A stretch of 54,925 nucleotides of DNA from a virus. Lineage: Duplodnaviria > Caudoviricetes. Numbering within the stretch: the first letter of the stretch is position 1; each line of letters begins with the position of its first letter. The notes beneath the pieces were generated by a model. That model was not told the DNA's origin. It ran no database searches and saw only the letters and a list, made by a program, of their open reading frames with translations. A program made the translations under genes and the position numbers. The stretch is from IMG/VR virus record IMGVR_UViG_3300034107_000498, positions 1 through 54,925 of that record, one strand, 5' to 3'. Below are positions 17,016 through 28,300 of the stretch, piece by piece.

Positions 17016-17153
17016 CTATCGGCGTTTTTTACGCCATTCTAAACAAATTACTTTTCTTGAATACACGTCTCCAGTCCATGCCCACCTAACACATTCATAT
17101 TCGTCAGGTTTAGCATAACTTAATGTTAATGAAATTAACCAAGCGGCAAGCAC
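17016..17153 (-). CDS. small exported peptide (45 aa, not in the ORF track)
   Basis: GTG start: MLAAWLISLTLSYAKPDEYECVRWAWTGDVYSRKVICLEWRKKRR*. Confidence 0.6.
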   Translation of the reverse strand: MLAAWLISLTLSYAKPDEYECVRWAWTGDVYSRKVICLEWRKKRR

Positions 17154-17156
17154 CGC

Positions 17157-17771
17157 TTAGGCTCCTAGTACATGCTTGGCATGTTCATAGTGTTTTTTAC
17201 GATCTTCTAATCCAATAGTACCGCCATTGATGCGTTTGGTAAGTGTTAAGATATCATCTTTATCCGCCCACTGATTTAAGTTGTTAGTTTCCCAGAACCA
17301 GCAAGCTGATTGGGCTGCACCTTCAAAAGTTTCCATATATTGAGAAGCTTCTTCAGGCGATAAGTTTATTGAGGCAGCAAACCAAAAGTAGTTATCTTTG
17401 CCAGTTAATTGAATTAATCCGCGACCGCTGTAACGATAGCCATCGCCTGTTTCAGGTCCGCCATTACCCATCCTATTAGCATAGACTAGATTGGCAATTT
17501 TTTCTGGCTTGTTTGCATACTGTTGAGCCATCTCGTCTGTGGGAAAATATTTAGGAAAAATCTTCCTAAGTGTAACTGCACGATAATTTAAGTTTTCTTT
17601 GATTGCACGAAAACCACCTGACTCATGCGCACATTGCGCTAAAAATGCTGCCATGCGCTGTGGAGTATTAATTTCGTATTCTGGTAGTAGCTGTACTAAT
17701 GCTTTGTGCCAGTACTCTATGTATGGATTTTTCTCAACAATTTGTTTTAGTTGCTGTAATGTTAATTCCAT
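17157..17771 (-). CDS. endolysin, glycoside hydrolase family 19
   Basis: FLAQCAHESGGF..ENLNY, YSGRGLIQLTGKDNY, SACWFW, TKRINGG..GLEDR. Confidence 0.93.
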   Translation of the reverse strand: MELTLQQLKQIVEKNPYIEYWHKALVQLLPEYEINTPQRMAAFLAQCAHESGGFRAIKENLNYRAVTLRKIFPKYFPTDEMAQQYANKPEKIANLVYANRMGNGGPETGDGYRYSGRGLIQLTGKDNYFWFAASINLSPEEASQYMETFEGAAQSACWFWETNNLNQWADKDDILTLTKRINGGTIGLEDRKKHYEHAKHVLGA

Positions 17772-18034
17772 TATTTAACGCTTTCATAAATGGTTTTTTG
17801 TTCACGATACCAGCGCTGCCAAGCTTCTAATTTAACAGCACACATATAGTATTCAGTATAATTAACCGTTACAATTTTTGCAACATCTGACAATTTGGCT
17901 TCTTCTTGCAATTTTTGTAAGTTAGGGCATGGCTCTTGCACTAGTGTACCTGGAGCTTGTGGAAACTTTGCAGTAACTGGAACGGTTGTGCAAGCACTTA
18001 GTAGTAAAATTATTGATATTAATAAAAACTTCAT
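17771..18034 (-). CDS. o-spanin (Rz1-like lipoprotein)
   Basis: Lipobox LLSAC, Pro-rich segment, Cys pair; adjacent to the i-spanin and endolysin. Confidence 0.82.
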   Translation of the reverse strand: MKFLLISIILLLSACTTVPVTAKFPQAPGTLVQEPCPNLQKLQEEAKLSDVAKIVTVNYTEYYMCAVKLEAWQRWYREQKTIYESVK

Positions 18035-18450
18035 TTCTTTGGTGCCTCTGCTGCACGATTATGTGTGAGTACAAATTCTTTGGGAATCACACAGTTAGCA
18101 TCAAACTTAACAACTTCACGGTCTACATACTTGATGATATCTTGACCGCGTTGCTTTATAACTTGAGTTTTAACAACAGTTTTTTCCACAATATCAGTAT
18201 TGAGATTAGCAGACTTAGCGGCCGCTTCCGCAACTTTAACTTCTAAGTCTTTGACCTTAGCTAACCAAGCGTCATTGTTGCTAATAGCACCTATCATGTA
18301 GATGCTAACAGCAACCGCTGCTATGCTTGCTGCTTGAATCAACTGTGCATTGGGTAGTAATTTAATAAACTTAGTAGCTATAAATGCTGCTATGCCTGCA
18401 AATAGTGCTAAGTAAAATATCCAGTTTGGTAAAAATTGTAAAATCCACAT
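18031..18450 (-). CDS. i-spanin (Rz-like)
   Basis: N-terminal TM helices, coiled coil, C-terminal C.IP..FV..HN. Confidence 0.8.
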   Translation of the reverse strand: MWILQFLPNWIFYLALFAGIAAFIATKFIKLLPNAQLIQAASIAAVAVSIYMIGAISNNDAWLAKVKDLEVKVAEAAAKSANLNTDIVEKTVVKTQVIKQRGQDIIKYVDREVVKFDANCVIPKEFVLTHNRAAEAPKK

Positions 18451-18495
18451 TATTTAAGCCCTCCGTAATGATACCAGTAATCTACCCATTGCTGC

Positions 18496-19182
18496 TCATA
18501 CTTCAGGAAATAATTCTTTATGTATGTAATCGTGGACTTGATCATCGTTAAATCCTAGTGTTTTCAATACTCTGGGAGTATGTGGGTTACATTTTTGTTG
18601 CTGACAGTAATAATTTTGTTTTTCTGTAAAATTATTCTGTGTTACCATATCCTCATATTTTAATGCTGGGCGATATTTTGATATGTTATCTAAGTAGTAA
18701 ATTAACGACTTCTTGGATATTTCTAATATTATACTCATTTCAAAATCAGTATTAATATTTCCAGCAGCAACCATGCGGTTTGAAAATATATTACGTGCCC
18801 ATTCAGGCAGTTCTCGTGGCTTTGCCCACGAGGTAGGTTCTACAAACTCTTGAAACCATTTGCACATTGGGTGCTCAGGGTCGCCTGTAGGTGAAAAATC
18901 TAAAAACGCTCCTGTGATCTTATTTGTTCCTGCTACAATGTCAAAGCCGTAAATTGGGGCTGCATCGTAAACGTGCGGGAATATACACAAGTGCATCATA
19001 TAAAGTTTTTTGGATTCTGACACGTCAATAACATCTAAGTTACCACGTCGGATCCAAGCACTAGAAAAATTCTTAGTGTACCAACCAGAATCGTATTCTG
19101 TTGGCAAAGGAAAAGCTCGTGCTGCAAGAATTGTTTCCAATTCTTGTGCATGAGCTTTTAGTTTACTGAATATTGTACTCAT
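18496..19182 (-). CDS. pcyX: ferredoxin-dependent bilin reductase, PcyA/PcyX-type
   Basis: MMHLCIFP, PIYGFDIVAG, AFLDFSP, RELPEWA.IFS, QNYYC.QQ..NPHT.RVL; adjacent to heme oxygenase. Confidence 0.88.
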   Translation of the reverse strand: MSTIFSKLKAHAQELETILAARAFPLPTEYDSGWYTKNFSSAWIRRGNLDVIDVSESKKLYMMHLCIFPHVYDAAPIYGFDIVAGTNKITGAFLDFSPTGDPEHPMCKWFQEFVEPTSWAKPRELPEWARNIFSNRMVAAGNINTDFEMSIILEISKKSLIYYLDNISKYRPALKYEDMVTQNNFTEKQNYYCQQQKCNPHTPRVLKTLGFNDDQVHDYIHKELFPEV

Positions 19183-19702
19183 TGGCTAACTCTGTAAATA
19201 GTTCAATAGCAAAAGCAAAACATTCGTTGGCTTCTGCAGCCATTGATATATCTAATTTTTCACGAAGTGCGGTAATTAACTCGCTGCGATTTTCAAAATC
19301 ATACATTGTAGTAGTGCCAGGAACAACACGTTTAATCATCTGACCGCCGTAAAGGTCACCCATATGACGAACATATAAGTGCGCTAGTAATTGACTATCA
19401 GTTAAATTTCGTGTGGTTATATATTGAATATATTTTTGGGTACTAGTATACGTTGTTGTTTTGCACTTTGGTAAATTTTCAAAGTCTGCTAATATTTTTT
19501 TGTTACGCTCTATTCCAGTCAAGCCACTTAAAAGGCCTCGGCTGTTAGCCACGGCCTCAAGTGTTTGATAAATTGCGTGTTGATTAAACAAAAAGTCAGC
19601 ATAAATATTTTCAGAAATATTACCGCTTAACAATAGTTTTGTAAAAGATTGTTGTTCAGCTAACACATGGTTTTCATGTGTTAGTGTTTTTAGTGTTGTC
19701 AT
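19163..19702 (-). CDS. hemO: heme oxygenase
   Basis: THENH..AE (proximal His); LAHLYVRHMGDLYGGQMIKR signature; EAN..F. Confidence 0.93.
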   Translation of the reverse strand: MTTLKTLTHENHVLAEQQSFTKLLLSGNISENIYADFLFNQHAIYQTLEAVANSRGLLSGLTGIERNKKILADFENLPKCKTTTYTSTQKYIQYITTRNLTDSQLLAHLYVRHMGDLYGGQMIKRVVPGTTTMYDFENRSELITALREKLDISMAAEANECFAFAIELFTELANEYNIQ

Positions 19703-20067
19703 TAGGTTGGTGCTTGTGGTACTACAATTTCTGCAATAGTTGTAGCTGCTGCAAAAGTTTGTGGCATATCACGTAATTGTTGACGATAAGTTGCCCACTC
19801 AGCTTTTTTAGCTGCAGTTAGTGGGCTGTCCGCTACCTGAGTCCAATCAGATTCTTGTAATAGATGTGCTCGTAAACTACGAATACCCATATCAAGTTGA
19901 GCTTTAGTAATTTCTGGCTCCGCTGGAACAGGAATGTGCTCAATCCAGCCGAGTTCAGTTAAACCAACAGTGTCTGTTAAACCTGTTCTGGCTAAAACTT
20001 GACGATAAGGAACTAAGCTTTCTATTACTACGCCATTTACTACATAGTTAAATAATACATTATCCAT
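19702..20067 (-). CDS. tail fibre assembly chaperone-like protein
   Basis: R..LLQESDWTQ..D.PL....WATYRQQLRDMP motif. Confidence 0.8.
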   Translation of the reverse strand: MDNVLFNYVVNGVVIESLVPYRQVLARTGLTDTVGLTELGWIEHIPVPAEPEITKAQLDMGIRSLRAHLLQESDWTQVADSPLTAAKKAEWATYRQQLRDMPQTFAAATTIAEIVVPQAPT

Positions 20068-20984
20068 TACATATCTCCTGTGCCAGTTGACGGAAATTTT
20101 CTACCGGTACCCCAAATAATACGAACACAGCCGCGTCCACCAACTTGTATACCGTGACCAAATGCTGAGTTGTCGCCAGGACCGCCACCGCCACCGCCGT
20201 AAAGACCGCCAGGTCTTTCGCCAGTACCATAGCTGTACCAAGGATTTTCACCCATTCTGCCGTCTTCACCACCTGATCCGCCTTTGCCGCCGTCATATGA
20301 TGTACCGGCACCTGAAGCACCTTGACCAAATGGTCCTGTACCACCACCACTAGAATAACCGTGTGTACTAGAATAGTTACCACCACCGCCAGCACCACCG
20401 CCACTGCCAGCACTTCCACCAGAGTTACCACCATTGCCAGTATATCCTCCAGCACCTCCACCAGCTTGGCTACTTGCGCCAGAACCACCGTTACCACCGC
20501 CATCACCTGTCCAAGTACCGCCACTTTTATTTGGAGAACCACCGCCTCTGACAGTAGCCGTATCAATAAAAAAGCTAGTTCCGCCAGCAGGATCAGTACC
20601 GCCTAGGTTACCACCTTTACCTACTTGAACAGTATAAGTTTTGCCCGGCTCAACTGAAATGTTGTTTTTCCAACCTAATCCACCACCACCACCACCTCCG
20701 TTACCAGACGAAGTAGCTCCACTGCTAGAAGCTCCGCCACCAATACAAACTACACATACTGAAGTAACGCCAGGCGGGCAAGTCCAAGCATAGGTACCGG
20801 CTCCAAAACCATAAAAAGCCTGGCCTACAGGTCCTGAAGGACCGCCTTCGACAGGTGGGGGTACAAAAGTAAGATTACCTTTACCATCAGTTAATAATGC
20901 TTGACCAGCAGTACCGTCTCGTAAAGGAAGTGTAAATTCAGCACCTTCTCGTCTTTGTAATTGATCTGTTACAATTTTTGTCAT
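20067..20984 (-). CDS. glycine-rich fibre tip/adhesin-like protein
   Basis: YAWTCPPGVTSVCVVCIGGG, many GGxGG repeats, C-terminal GCVRIIWG. Confidence 0.75.
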   Translation of the reverse strand: MTKIVTDQLQRREGAEFTLPLRDGTAGQALLTDGKGNLTFVPPPVEGGPSGPVGQAFYGFGAGTYAWTCPPGVTSVCVVCIGGGASSSGATSSGNGGGGGGGLGWKNNISVEPGKTYTVQVGKGGNLGGTDPAGGTSFFIDTATVRGGGSPNKSGGTWTGDGGGNGGSGASSQAGGGAGGYTGNGGNSGGSAGSGGGAGGGGNYSSTHGYSSGGGTGPFGQGASGAGTSYDGGKGGSGGEDGRMGENPWYSYGTGERPGGLYGGGGGGPGDNSAFGHGIQVGGRGCVRIIWGTGRKFPSTGTGDM

Positions 20985-21002
20985 AAATTATCCTAATAAG
21001 GT

Positions 21003-21031
21003 AAAATGAGTGGGATATAAATATCCCACTC
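21003..21031 (-). terminator. hairpin, probable weak terminator or processing site
   Basis: GAGTGGGATAT-AA-ATATCCCACTC; ATTTT follows on the minus strand. Confidence 0.55.
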
Positions 21032-21036
21032 TGTTA

Positions 21037-21435
21037 TTAGATAGACAAAACTGGAAAGACAATATCGTTTGGATAGTCTTTTTGTTTTGCGACATTATCT
21101 AAGGCTAGTCTATATTCTGAAATAGATTTTTTCTTGTCCTCAGAATAGGTATCCCATAATTCGGGACTAGTAAGTTCTTTTAGTTGTGTTTTAAGTTGAT
21201 CTAACTTACGTTCTGCTGTTCTAGATAGCTCTATTTTTTCCCACTCTTGGCGAAACTCTTTCAGTTCTTCGTCAGTTAATTCGACTATTTTATCATTAAC
21301 TAATTTAATTTTACTATGATCTTTAAAACTAGCAGGGATTTCGTAAAATCCCTGCTTGTTTTGATCACTATCATCATCAGGTAAAATATTTTGAACTTGA
21401 GTTAGTCTGCCTATTTTATCAAACTTTGCAAACAT
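21037..21435 (-). CDS. tail fibre assembly chaperone-like protein
   Basis: C-terminal YRLALDNV..Q..YP..I.FP motif. Confidence 0.65.
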   Translation of the reverse strand: MFAKFDKIGRLTQVQNILPDDDSDQNKQGFYEIPASFKDHSKIKLVNDKIVELTDEELKEFRQEWEKIELSRTAERKLDQLKTQLKELTSPELWDTYSEDKKKSISEYRLALDNVAKQKDYPNDIVFPVLSI

Positions 21436-22361
21436 TATCTATCTCCGTATTGTGTAGCACACTGAGTATAGTATATGTTTGGAGCAACACTGTTAGTAGC
21501 ATTACCAGTATTACGATTAGTACGCAATGTTTCTAACATACGCAAATCACACATTAAACTACCATCAATAAAGGTATCTAAACCAAAATAGAAGTGCGAG
21601 TCTTGGAATCTATAAGTTGTTTCATAGCAATGTGAAGTAGCAAACAATATTAACACTGTAGTGTTTGCAGGCACTGTAATAGAACATGATCCAGCAGCAA
21701 AAACAGTATCAGTAGTATAAGTATAAGGTTGACTCCACACACCTCCAACTACAGCACTATAAGCTACTCCGGATGTGGGAGTGTATAATCCAATAGCTGC
21801 TCCACCATAGCTACTATAGTCTGAACTATGATAAAAATTAAGAGTTCTAGTGACAGAAGCATTAGTTGTGTTACGAACTGGAAATAATGAAAAAGTAGCA
21901 CCAGTATAATTATTGGTAGTATTATTATCATTATACTGATTGTGTCTGTGATGACCTAAACGCTTGTTATTAGCGTAGTAAGGTTGACGTAGAATGTCTC
22001 CATTGCGGTTATAGACAAACATACGGTCGCTGGTAGCAGTAGGCATACCATCACCCATACACATATTAAAAGCTGCGCCAGTACTATTACCATCACTAAC
22101 AGTATTACCTACATAACGTGCTGAGTAAATTTGGCCTCCAGGACCATCACTGGTCCAAGAAGGTCCGCTATATGTATTAGCTTGTGCAGTGCTTGATACA
22201 ATCATACCGATTGTATTGCCTTCTATAGGAATTGGTCGAAAGCTACCGATTGATAAATTACCGCTGGCGTCACTAATTAGTCCGCCTGCGGAGGCTGTTG
22301 AAGGTAGTGTGAATGTTGAACCACCTGGTTTTTGAATTTGATCTACTATAAGTTTACCCAT
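21435..22361 (-). CDS. fibre-associated / receptor-binding-like protein
   Basis: N-terminus KLIVDQIQKPGG..FTLP resembles the 20067-20984 N-terminus KIVTDQLQ..G..FTLP; beta-rich; followed by a chaperone. Confidence 0.6.
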   Translation of the reverse strand: MGKLIVDQIQKPGGSTFTLPSTASAGGLISDASGNLSIGSFRPIPIEGNTIGMIVSSTAQANTYSGPSWTSDGPGGQIYSARYVGNTVSDGNSTGAAFNMCMGDGMPTATSDRMFVYNRNGDILRQPYYANNKRLGHHRHNQYNDNNTTNNYTGATFSLFPVRNTTNASVTRTLNFYHSSDYSSYGGAAIGLYTPTSGVAYSAVVGGVWSQPYTYTTDTVFAAGSCSITVPANTTVLILFATSHCYETTYRFQDSHFYFGLDTFIDGSLMCDLRMLETLRTNRNTGNATNSVAPNIYYTQCATQYGDR

Positions 22362-22377
22362 TTTAGGCTCCTAAAAT

Positions 22378-25300
22378 TTAAAAGAGATATGTACGAGGAA
22401 TATCAATGATATTTACAATAGATGTTGAATCTACTGTAACTGTAGCCCAGTCTGGGATACTGTACTGTTGCCTGGTACTAATAAAATTACCAGTTAAAAT
22501 TGTGTCAACTACGACACTGTTGTTAAGTTTTTGTATAGGTGTGCCACCTGGTACGTCTAATACCGTTAGGATTCCGTCTACCGAATAATTTTGTGTAATT
22601 ACGCTGTCTGTTGAAATAACGTGTACTTTGTCTGTATCTACTACAGTATTTGTATTTGCAAGTGGTGTAAATATGTTGAATATGTCTGCATCTGCAACTG
22701 TTTTTTCTACGTAAGTTCTAACTGCATACTCTGTTGGAACAGCAGTATTTGAGTTACCTGCCATCGTACCGTCGCTACTAAACTCATTAATAGTTTCACC
22801 TAGTTGAGCACCAATAGAACCCAATTTCAAACTAGTCAAACCACTCAAGTCAAACGCATTGGCATTAAGCGTAGCGCGTCCAGTTGCTTGGTCAATACGG
22901 AAGTATTCACCTACACGGAAGTTACCGTCTTGGTCAGTACTAACATAGAACACACGACCTGGGAATACTTCGTTTGTTTCATTACCTTGAGCACTAGCTT
23001 GTAGTGGCTCGTTAGGGTAATTAGTAGTAAGTGTACCACCTGTACCAATAGACAAAAAGTCATGACCAGTTAAACGAATCTGTGAATACTTGCTACGTAA
23101 TGTAACAGCCGTACCACTAGCACTACCGGAAGGTTTTTCTTGTGCTAAAATTACTGCAACTATAGAACTACTATTTACATAAGTTCCTGCTATACTTTGT
23201 ATAACATATGAATATGTGTCGCCTGCAATTTGAATACTTTGTCCAGGCTTAGGTGCTGCTGTTAATCCTGTTAACACTAACACAAAACCTTTTTGGTTTT
23301 CTAATGCACCCGCACTTACAGTACCTACACCACCATTTTGAAACTCTAGTGTATGGCCTAGTGCAAAAGTACCGCTTGTATTACGTACATACAATTTGTT
23401 TGCACTATATTGTATGTTTGTTACTGTACCAGTTGCACCGTTACTAGTAGTAAAAGTATCACCTTCATTAATTGTGCCACCTTGGTAAACAAAGTTTAAT
23501 TGTTGGCCAACCATAGTTCCAGTTACTGCGGTTTCTGAAGTTCCGAATCCTTGTGCTACTGCACCCCAAGTTCCGTAACTGTTATTACCGTTTAGTGCAC
23601 GAATAAATCCGCCACCAGTACCAATATATCCAAAGTAACAGTAATAAGTAAAGCAACTTACAATCTCAGACTTACCTTCATCTTTTACCCAATAACCAAC
23701 ACCATTATCAGAAATAATAGTGTAGCCATGGAAGATCATGGTTTTAGCACCAGTAGTATGAACAGTACCATCAATTAAAGCACCAATAGCACCTGAACCG
23801 ATAAATGAGCACTCTAACACATAGGGTGATTTAGTAGTAATTGGAGATGCTGGATTAAAAGCAACTACCACACCTTTAACTGTAGAGGTTGTAATATCAC
23901 TAGGAGTTGAGCCAGGTACCCAACCAGTCATACCTTTAAAGGTCATTTTGTTTAATATTGAACCATTGCTCAATCTAAACATTGTTGATTGACTGTTTGG
24001 TGTAACACCATCATCACTTAAACCAGTTTTTGCATGAACATTTACTGTACGCTGGTTATCTCCAACAATAGCCACATTTGGTGGAACTGTAATAGGTAAC
24101 TGCTCGTTATAAGTGCCTGTTTTAACAAAAATTGTAGAACCTTCTTCAGCCCGTTGGCAAGCATATTTAATGGTAGCAAACGGAGTAGCCATATTGCTAC
24201 CACTAGTTATTTGATCAACACCGTGAGGTGCAACATAATAAACATTTGAAGATTCGGTAGCTCCAAGCCAAGCTGCTGCGTTTCCACTAGCTGCTACGGT
24301 TAAACTTCTACCTACTTTATTATCACCTGCATTAAGTGGTGCCGAATTATAATCGTTATTTAAAAGATCATAATATAAAACGTCACCTAAATTAGTACCT
24401 GGTATAGTTTGTAATTGACCAGAGTTATTTACAACCGATACGCCTAAAAACTTGTAGTTTTGATAAGGCATTCCGTATGTTTTAATTTCTTCTAGTTCTT
24501 TTTTAGCGTATTGAAAAGCTTCGCGTACAGTATTAAATAAATATGCACTAGGAATTTTTATTACTTTGTCGACACTAGATACTGCGGCAAAATAAGTATT
24601 TGTAAACTTCCCTGCAGGAATATTATTTAGATCATATCCAGTCCCAACATTAACGTATCCATTATATTGTGGAACAGGTGTAAGTGTTGTAGTTGCCGCA
24701 AATCCTGTAGCACCACCAGTATCAGTTGCAATAATATTTGCATAACTATAGTGACGACCACCATTAGTAACTGTAACACCTAAAATACCGCTAGGTGTAG
24801 CACTAACTGTAAAAGCTGCTTCTGTACCTGGAGTAGTACTATTTACTGTTACGGTAGCAAAAGTATAATTAGTACCTGCGTTTACTAATGTAATGCTTTC
24901 AATTGTATTACCAGCACTACGTGTAAGAGTTGCTGTACCGGCAACACTATACTGATTACCTACAATTGATACCGTAGGAGTAGTAGTATAATTTTTACCG
25001 CGATTTGTAACTGTTATAGCTCCAATTGGATAACCACTTAGAATTGGATTAGCTGTAGCACCAGTACCCCCGCCACCAGTAATTGTCATGGTAGCAAAAG
25101 TATATCCGTGACCAGGATTAGTAATAACAATGTCTGTTACACCACCCGCAGTAATTTGAGCAATAGCGGTAGCTTCGTGACCGTCACCATTAATAGTTAC
25201 AGTTGGAATACTTGTATAGCCACTGCCAACAGCAGTAATTGCATAACTTTCAATAACACTTTTACGAGTATGTACAGTTGCTGCTGCACCAGTACCGTCA

Positions 25301-28300
25301 CCAGTAATTGTTACTGTTGCAAAAGTATAGCCGCTACCAGGAGTAACTAAGTTAATATCAGTTATGGCACCAGCAACAATAGTTACTGTTGCTTGAGCAC
25401 CAGTACCATCACCACCAATTGTAGCTTGAGCAGTAGTATATCCGCTACCTAAACTATCCATGTGTACTGCCGCAATTGGTGTACCTAAATTAAGAGTAAC
25501 TGCAAGAGTACCGCCTGTACCGCCTCCACCAACTACTGTTGCAGTAGGTGCTGTTGTATAACGCGAGCCTGGGTTTGTGAGTTCAATTGATTGAAGATTT
25601 TTACCTGGTGGTACAACAATAGAGGCTGTACCTCCTGTACCATCACCGACTAATGTAACTGTTGAATCATTGGCGTAATTAAATCCGCCATTATTAAGTG
25701 CAATAGATTGTAGCGCAGCACCTGCCAAAATGGGGGTTACTGTAGCACCTTGACCATCGCCTTGAACACTTAAACTAGTTGATAGTCCGCTGTATCCACT
25801 GCCTTGGCTAGTAACTGTAACACTACTTAAAACACCTAATTTATATGTTAAGGAATTATCATTATTATCAGCAAGTTTCCAATCAGTAGCATCACGTACT
25901 AAGAACTTATTAGAAGTCTTTACAGGACTAGTAATAGTTAGATCAGCATCACGTAATTCACCAGCTTTTGTACTTACATAAGTACCAGAACCTACTGTTC
26001 CAGAATTAACACCATAACCACTTACTAGCTTAATACCTTCGGCCCGCTTAATATAAACTAAAGAAGCTCCGTCAATGGAAATACCATGACGTTGATCTTC
26101 TACAGATATAGCGCGATTATTACGACTAGTTCCACGAACAGCAGCAACTTGTGCTTTATTGCCTAAATCTTCGTCTGTACGTGTTGTGCCATTTGTTAAT
26201 GAAGCACCGCTAAAGTAAAAATATCTATAACCATCAATACTTGATAGTGTGCTAGTTATTAGCGTTGTTTTTTCGTAACGTACACCACTAATCCAGTATA
26301 TAAACTTTGTTTGTCCACTTACAGGATAAATAGCAAGAGTTTTAGCTATTGCAGCAGTCTCGTAAGGTGTACCAGTAGCAAACTTTGAATCTTCACGAAC
26401 AGTAATAGCACCGTTCTTATCGATTGAGTAAACACGAGTACCGTTATCACTAAATTCAATATTTCCGCGAGTATCTGGATGTTGGTTATCAAAACCAGTA
26501 GGGTCATCCGTTGTATTTGTAACTGTTGAGCCACTTAAAACATCTAGTACTCCATCAATAACTGCATTGTTATTGATATTGGTTGTACCAGTTGCAGAAC
26601 CAATCTGAATGTCAGTTGCGGCACCTGCAATGTTAACTGTTGTAGCAGTTGTATTTAGTAAATTGAAAGTTGTTAGGTTAGTGGTAATATCACCACCTTT
26701 AACCTGTACATCACCATCAACTACTAAGTTATTTTTAACTGTAGTATTACCAGTTGTGGCACCAATATTAACTGCAGTAGCTGCACCAGCTAAATTAACA
26801 GTAGTAACTGTTGTATTTGCTAAATTAAATGTAGTTCCAGAAACGGTTAAATCACCGCCGTCAACGTTAAGGTCGCCATCAACGTCTAAAGTGCCTGAAA
26901 CACGAGTGTTACCTAGTGTAGAAGTACCGTCAGTTGTAAGGGTTGTGCCGTTTGTAAGATTTAAGCTACCACCATTAATATTAATGGTTGCACCATTTTG
27001 AGCAGTATAAGTAGCAGTAACACCACTAGCAACTATTGGTCCAGTAACTGTACCACCACTTGTACGATTTAGAAATAAGTCTGCATAAGCTTTAGTAGCT
27101 GCATGTAGTGGATCTGTTGGAGCTGCAAATAAGGTAAGCATACCCAACATTGCATCGCCGTCTTTAGACAAGAAGCCTTCAGCACCAGTAGCAAAACTAC
27201 TCCAGTCTGTATTTGTTCCACCAGCTGGATTACTTCCACCAAGACTATCTACGTTTGCAATGAATGAACTAGCACCTGCCTTAACAACGTCATCTTTGTA
27301 GTACTGTGTAGTACTAGCCCAAGGGCCCATCCAACGAATGCCGCTGTTAAACTTTTGCCATCTATTAGCAGCTAAGTCCGTAGCAAATACTGTGGAAGCG
27401 TGTGGAAGAATCGAAATATAAGTATTACCACCGTAGGTAACAACTTCATCTGTTGCGTACTGTGTAGTAGTAGACCAAGGTCCACTAACTTTAAATCCTG
27501 CAACAATTTTGTCCCAAGTAGCAGTAACAGTAGGGTTAACGTTTTGGTTATCTGATTTTGCGCGATATAGTGAACCACCATACCCAATAACTTCATTAAT
27601 TTTATAAGAAGTAGCGCTAGACCAAACACCTTGATAGGAGAATCCTGAACTATATACTTGCCACTTAGTAGCATCAGTAGGTAAGTTCCCCGTTGTTACT
27701 TCAAGTGCAATATAAACGTTGCCACCATAGCTAACAATATCGCCCTGAAAATATCCAGTAGCATTAACATAGTTACCTTTGTAACTATTACCTGCTGTTA
27801 ATAATTCCCAGTTTGCGGCAACTGTTGGTAGCGTGTTAGACTGTGTTAATTTGCTACGATAAATGTTATTGCCATATACAACAATATCGTTTACATAGTA
27901 TTCAGTTACAGCATTGAAATTACCATTAAATTTAATACCACCTACATAGAGTTCCCAGAAACCAGTGTTACTAGGAGCATTGTTAGTAGTTTCAACTTTA
28001 GCACGGTAAATATTAGCACCGTATGCAACCAAGTCATTTGGTTTGTATGCAGTAGCTTCATTGTAAATACCACTAGGGCTAACGCCTTCTACAAATTTAT
28101 CCCAATAAGTGGTATTTGTAGGTAAGTTATTTGTTCCGTCTTGTTTAGCAACAAAGATAGATCCCCCATACTTAACAACGTCATTCTTTTGATAAGAAGT
28201 AGATGCTGAGTAAGTACCTTCATACTGAATACCATCTAAAAATCTAGACCAGTAAGTAGCATTAGGAGGAGTAATATTTACAGAATCTTTAACAGCAACA

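Noticed and set aside
17157-17771. GH19 protein as a true chitinase cooperating with the CBM repeats
   Set aside because: Its position directly after the spanins and lack of a signal peptide or binding domain fit the established GH19 endolysin role
18454-18489. 11-codon mini-ORF (MGRLLVSLRRA) between pcyX and the i-spanin
   Set aside because: Too short, with no convincing RBS; cannot be supported from sequence alone
20060-20628. Several overlapping ORFs within the Gly-rich gene
   Set aside because: Artefacts of stop-poor GGN-repeat coding sequence
21940-21955. HHRH as an iron-binding HxH fibre motif linking to the iron theme
   Set aside because: A single occurrence; the repeated HxH motifs of iron-binding needle tips are absent from the fibres
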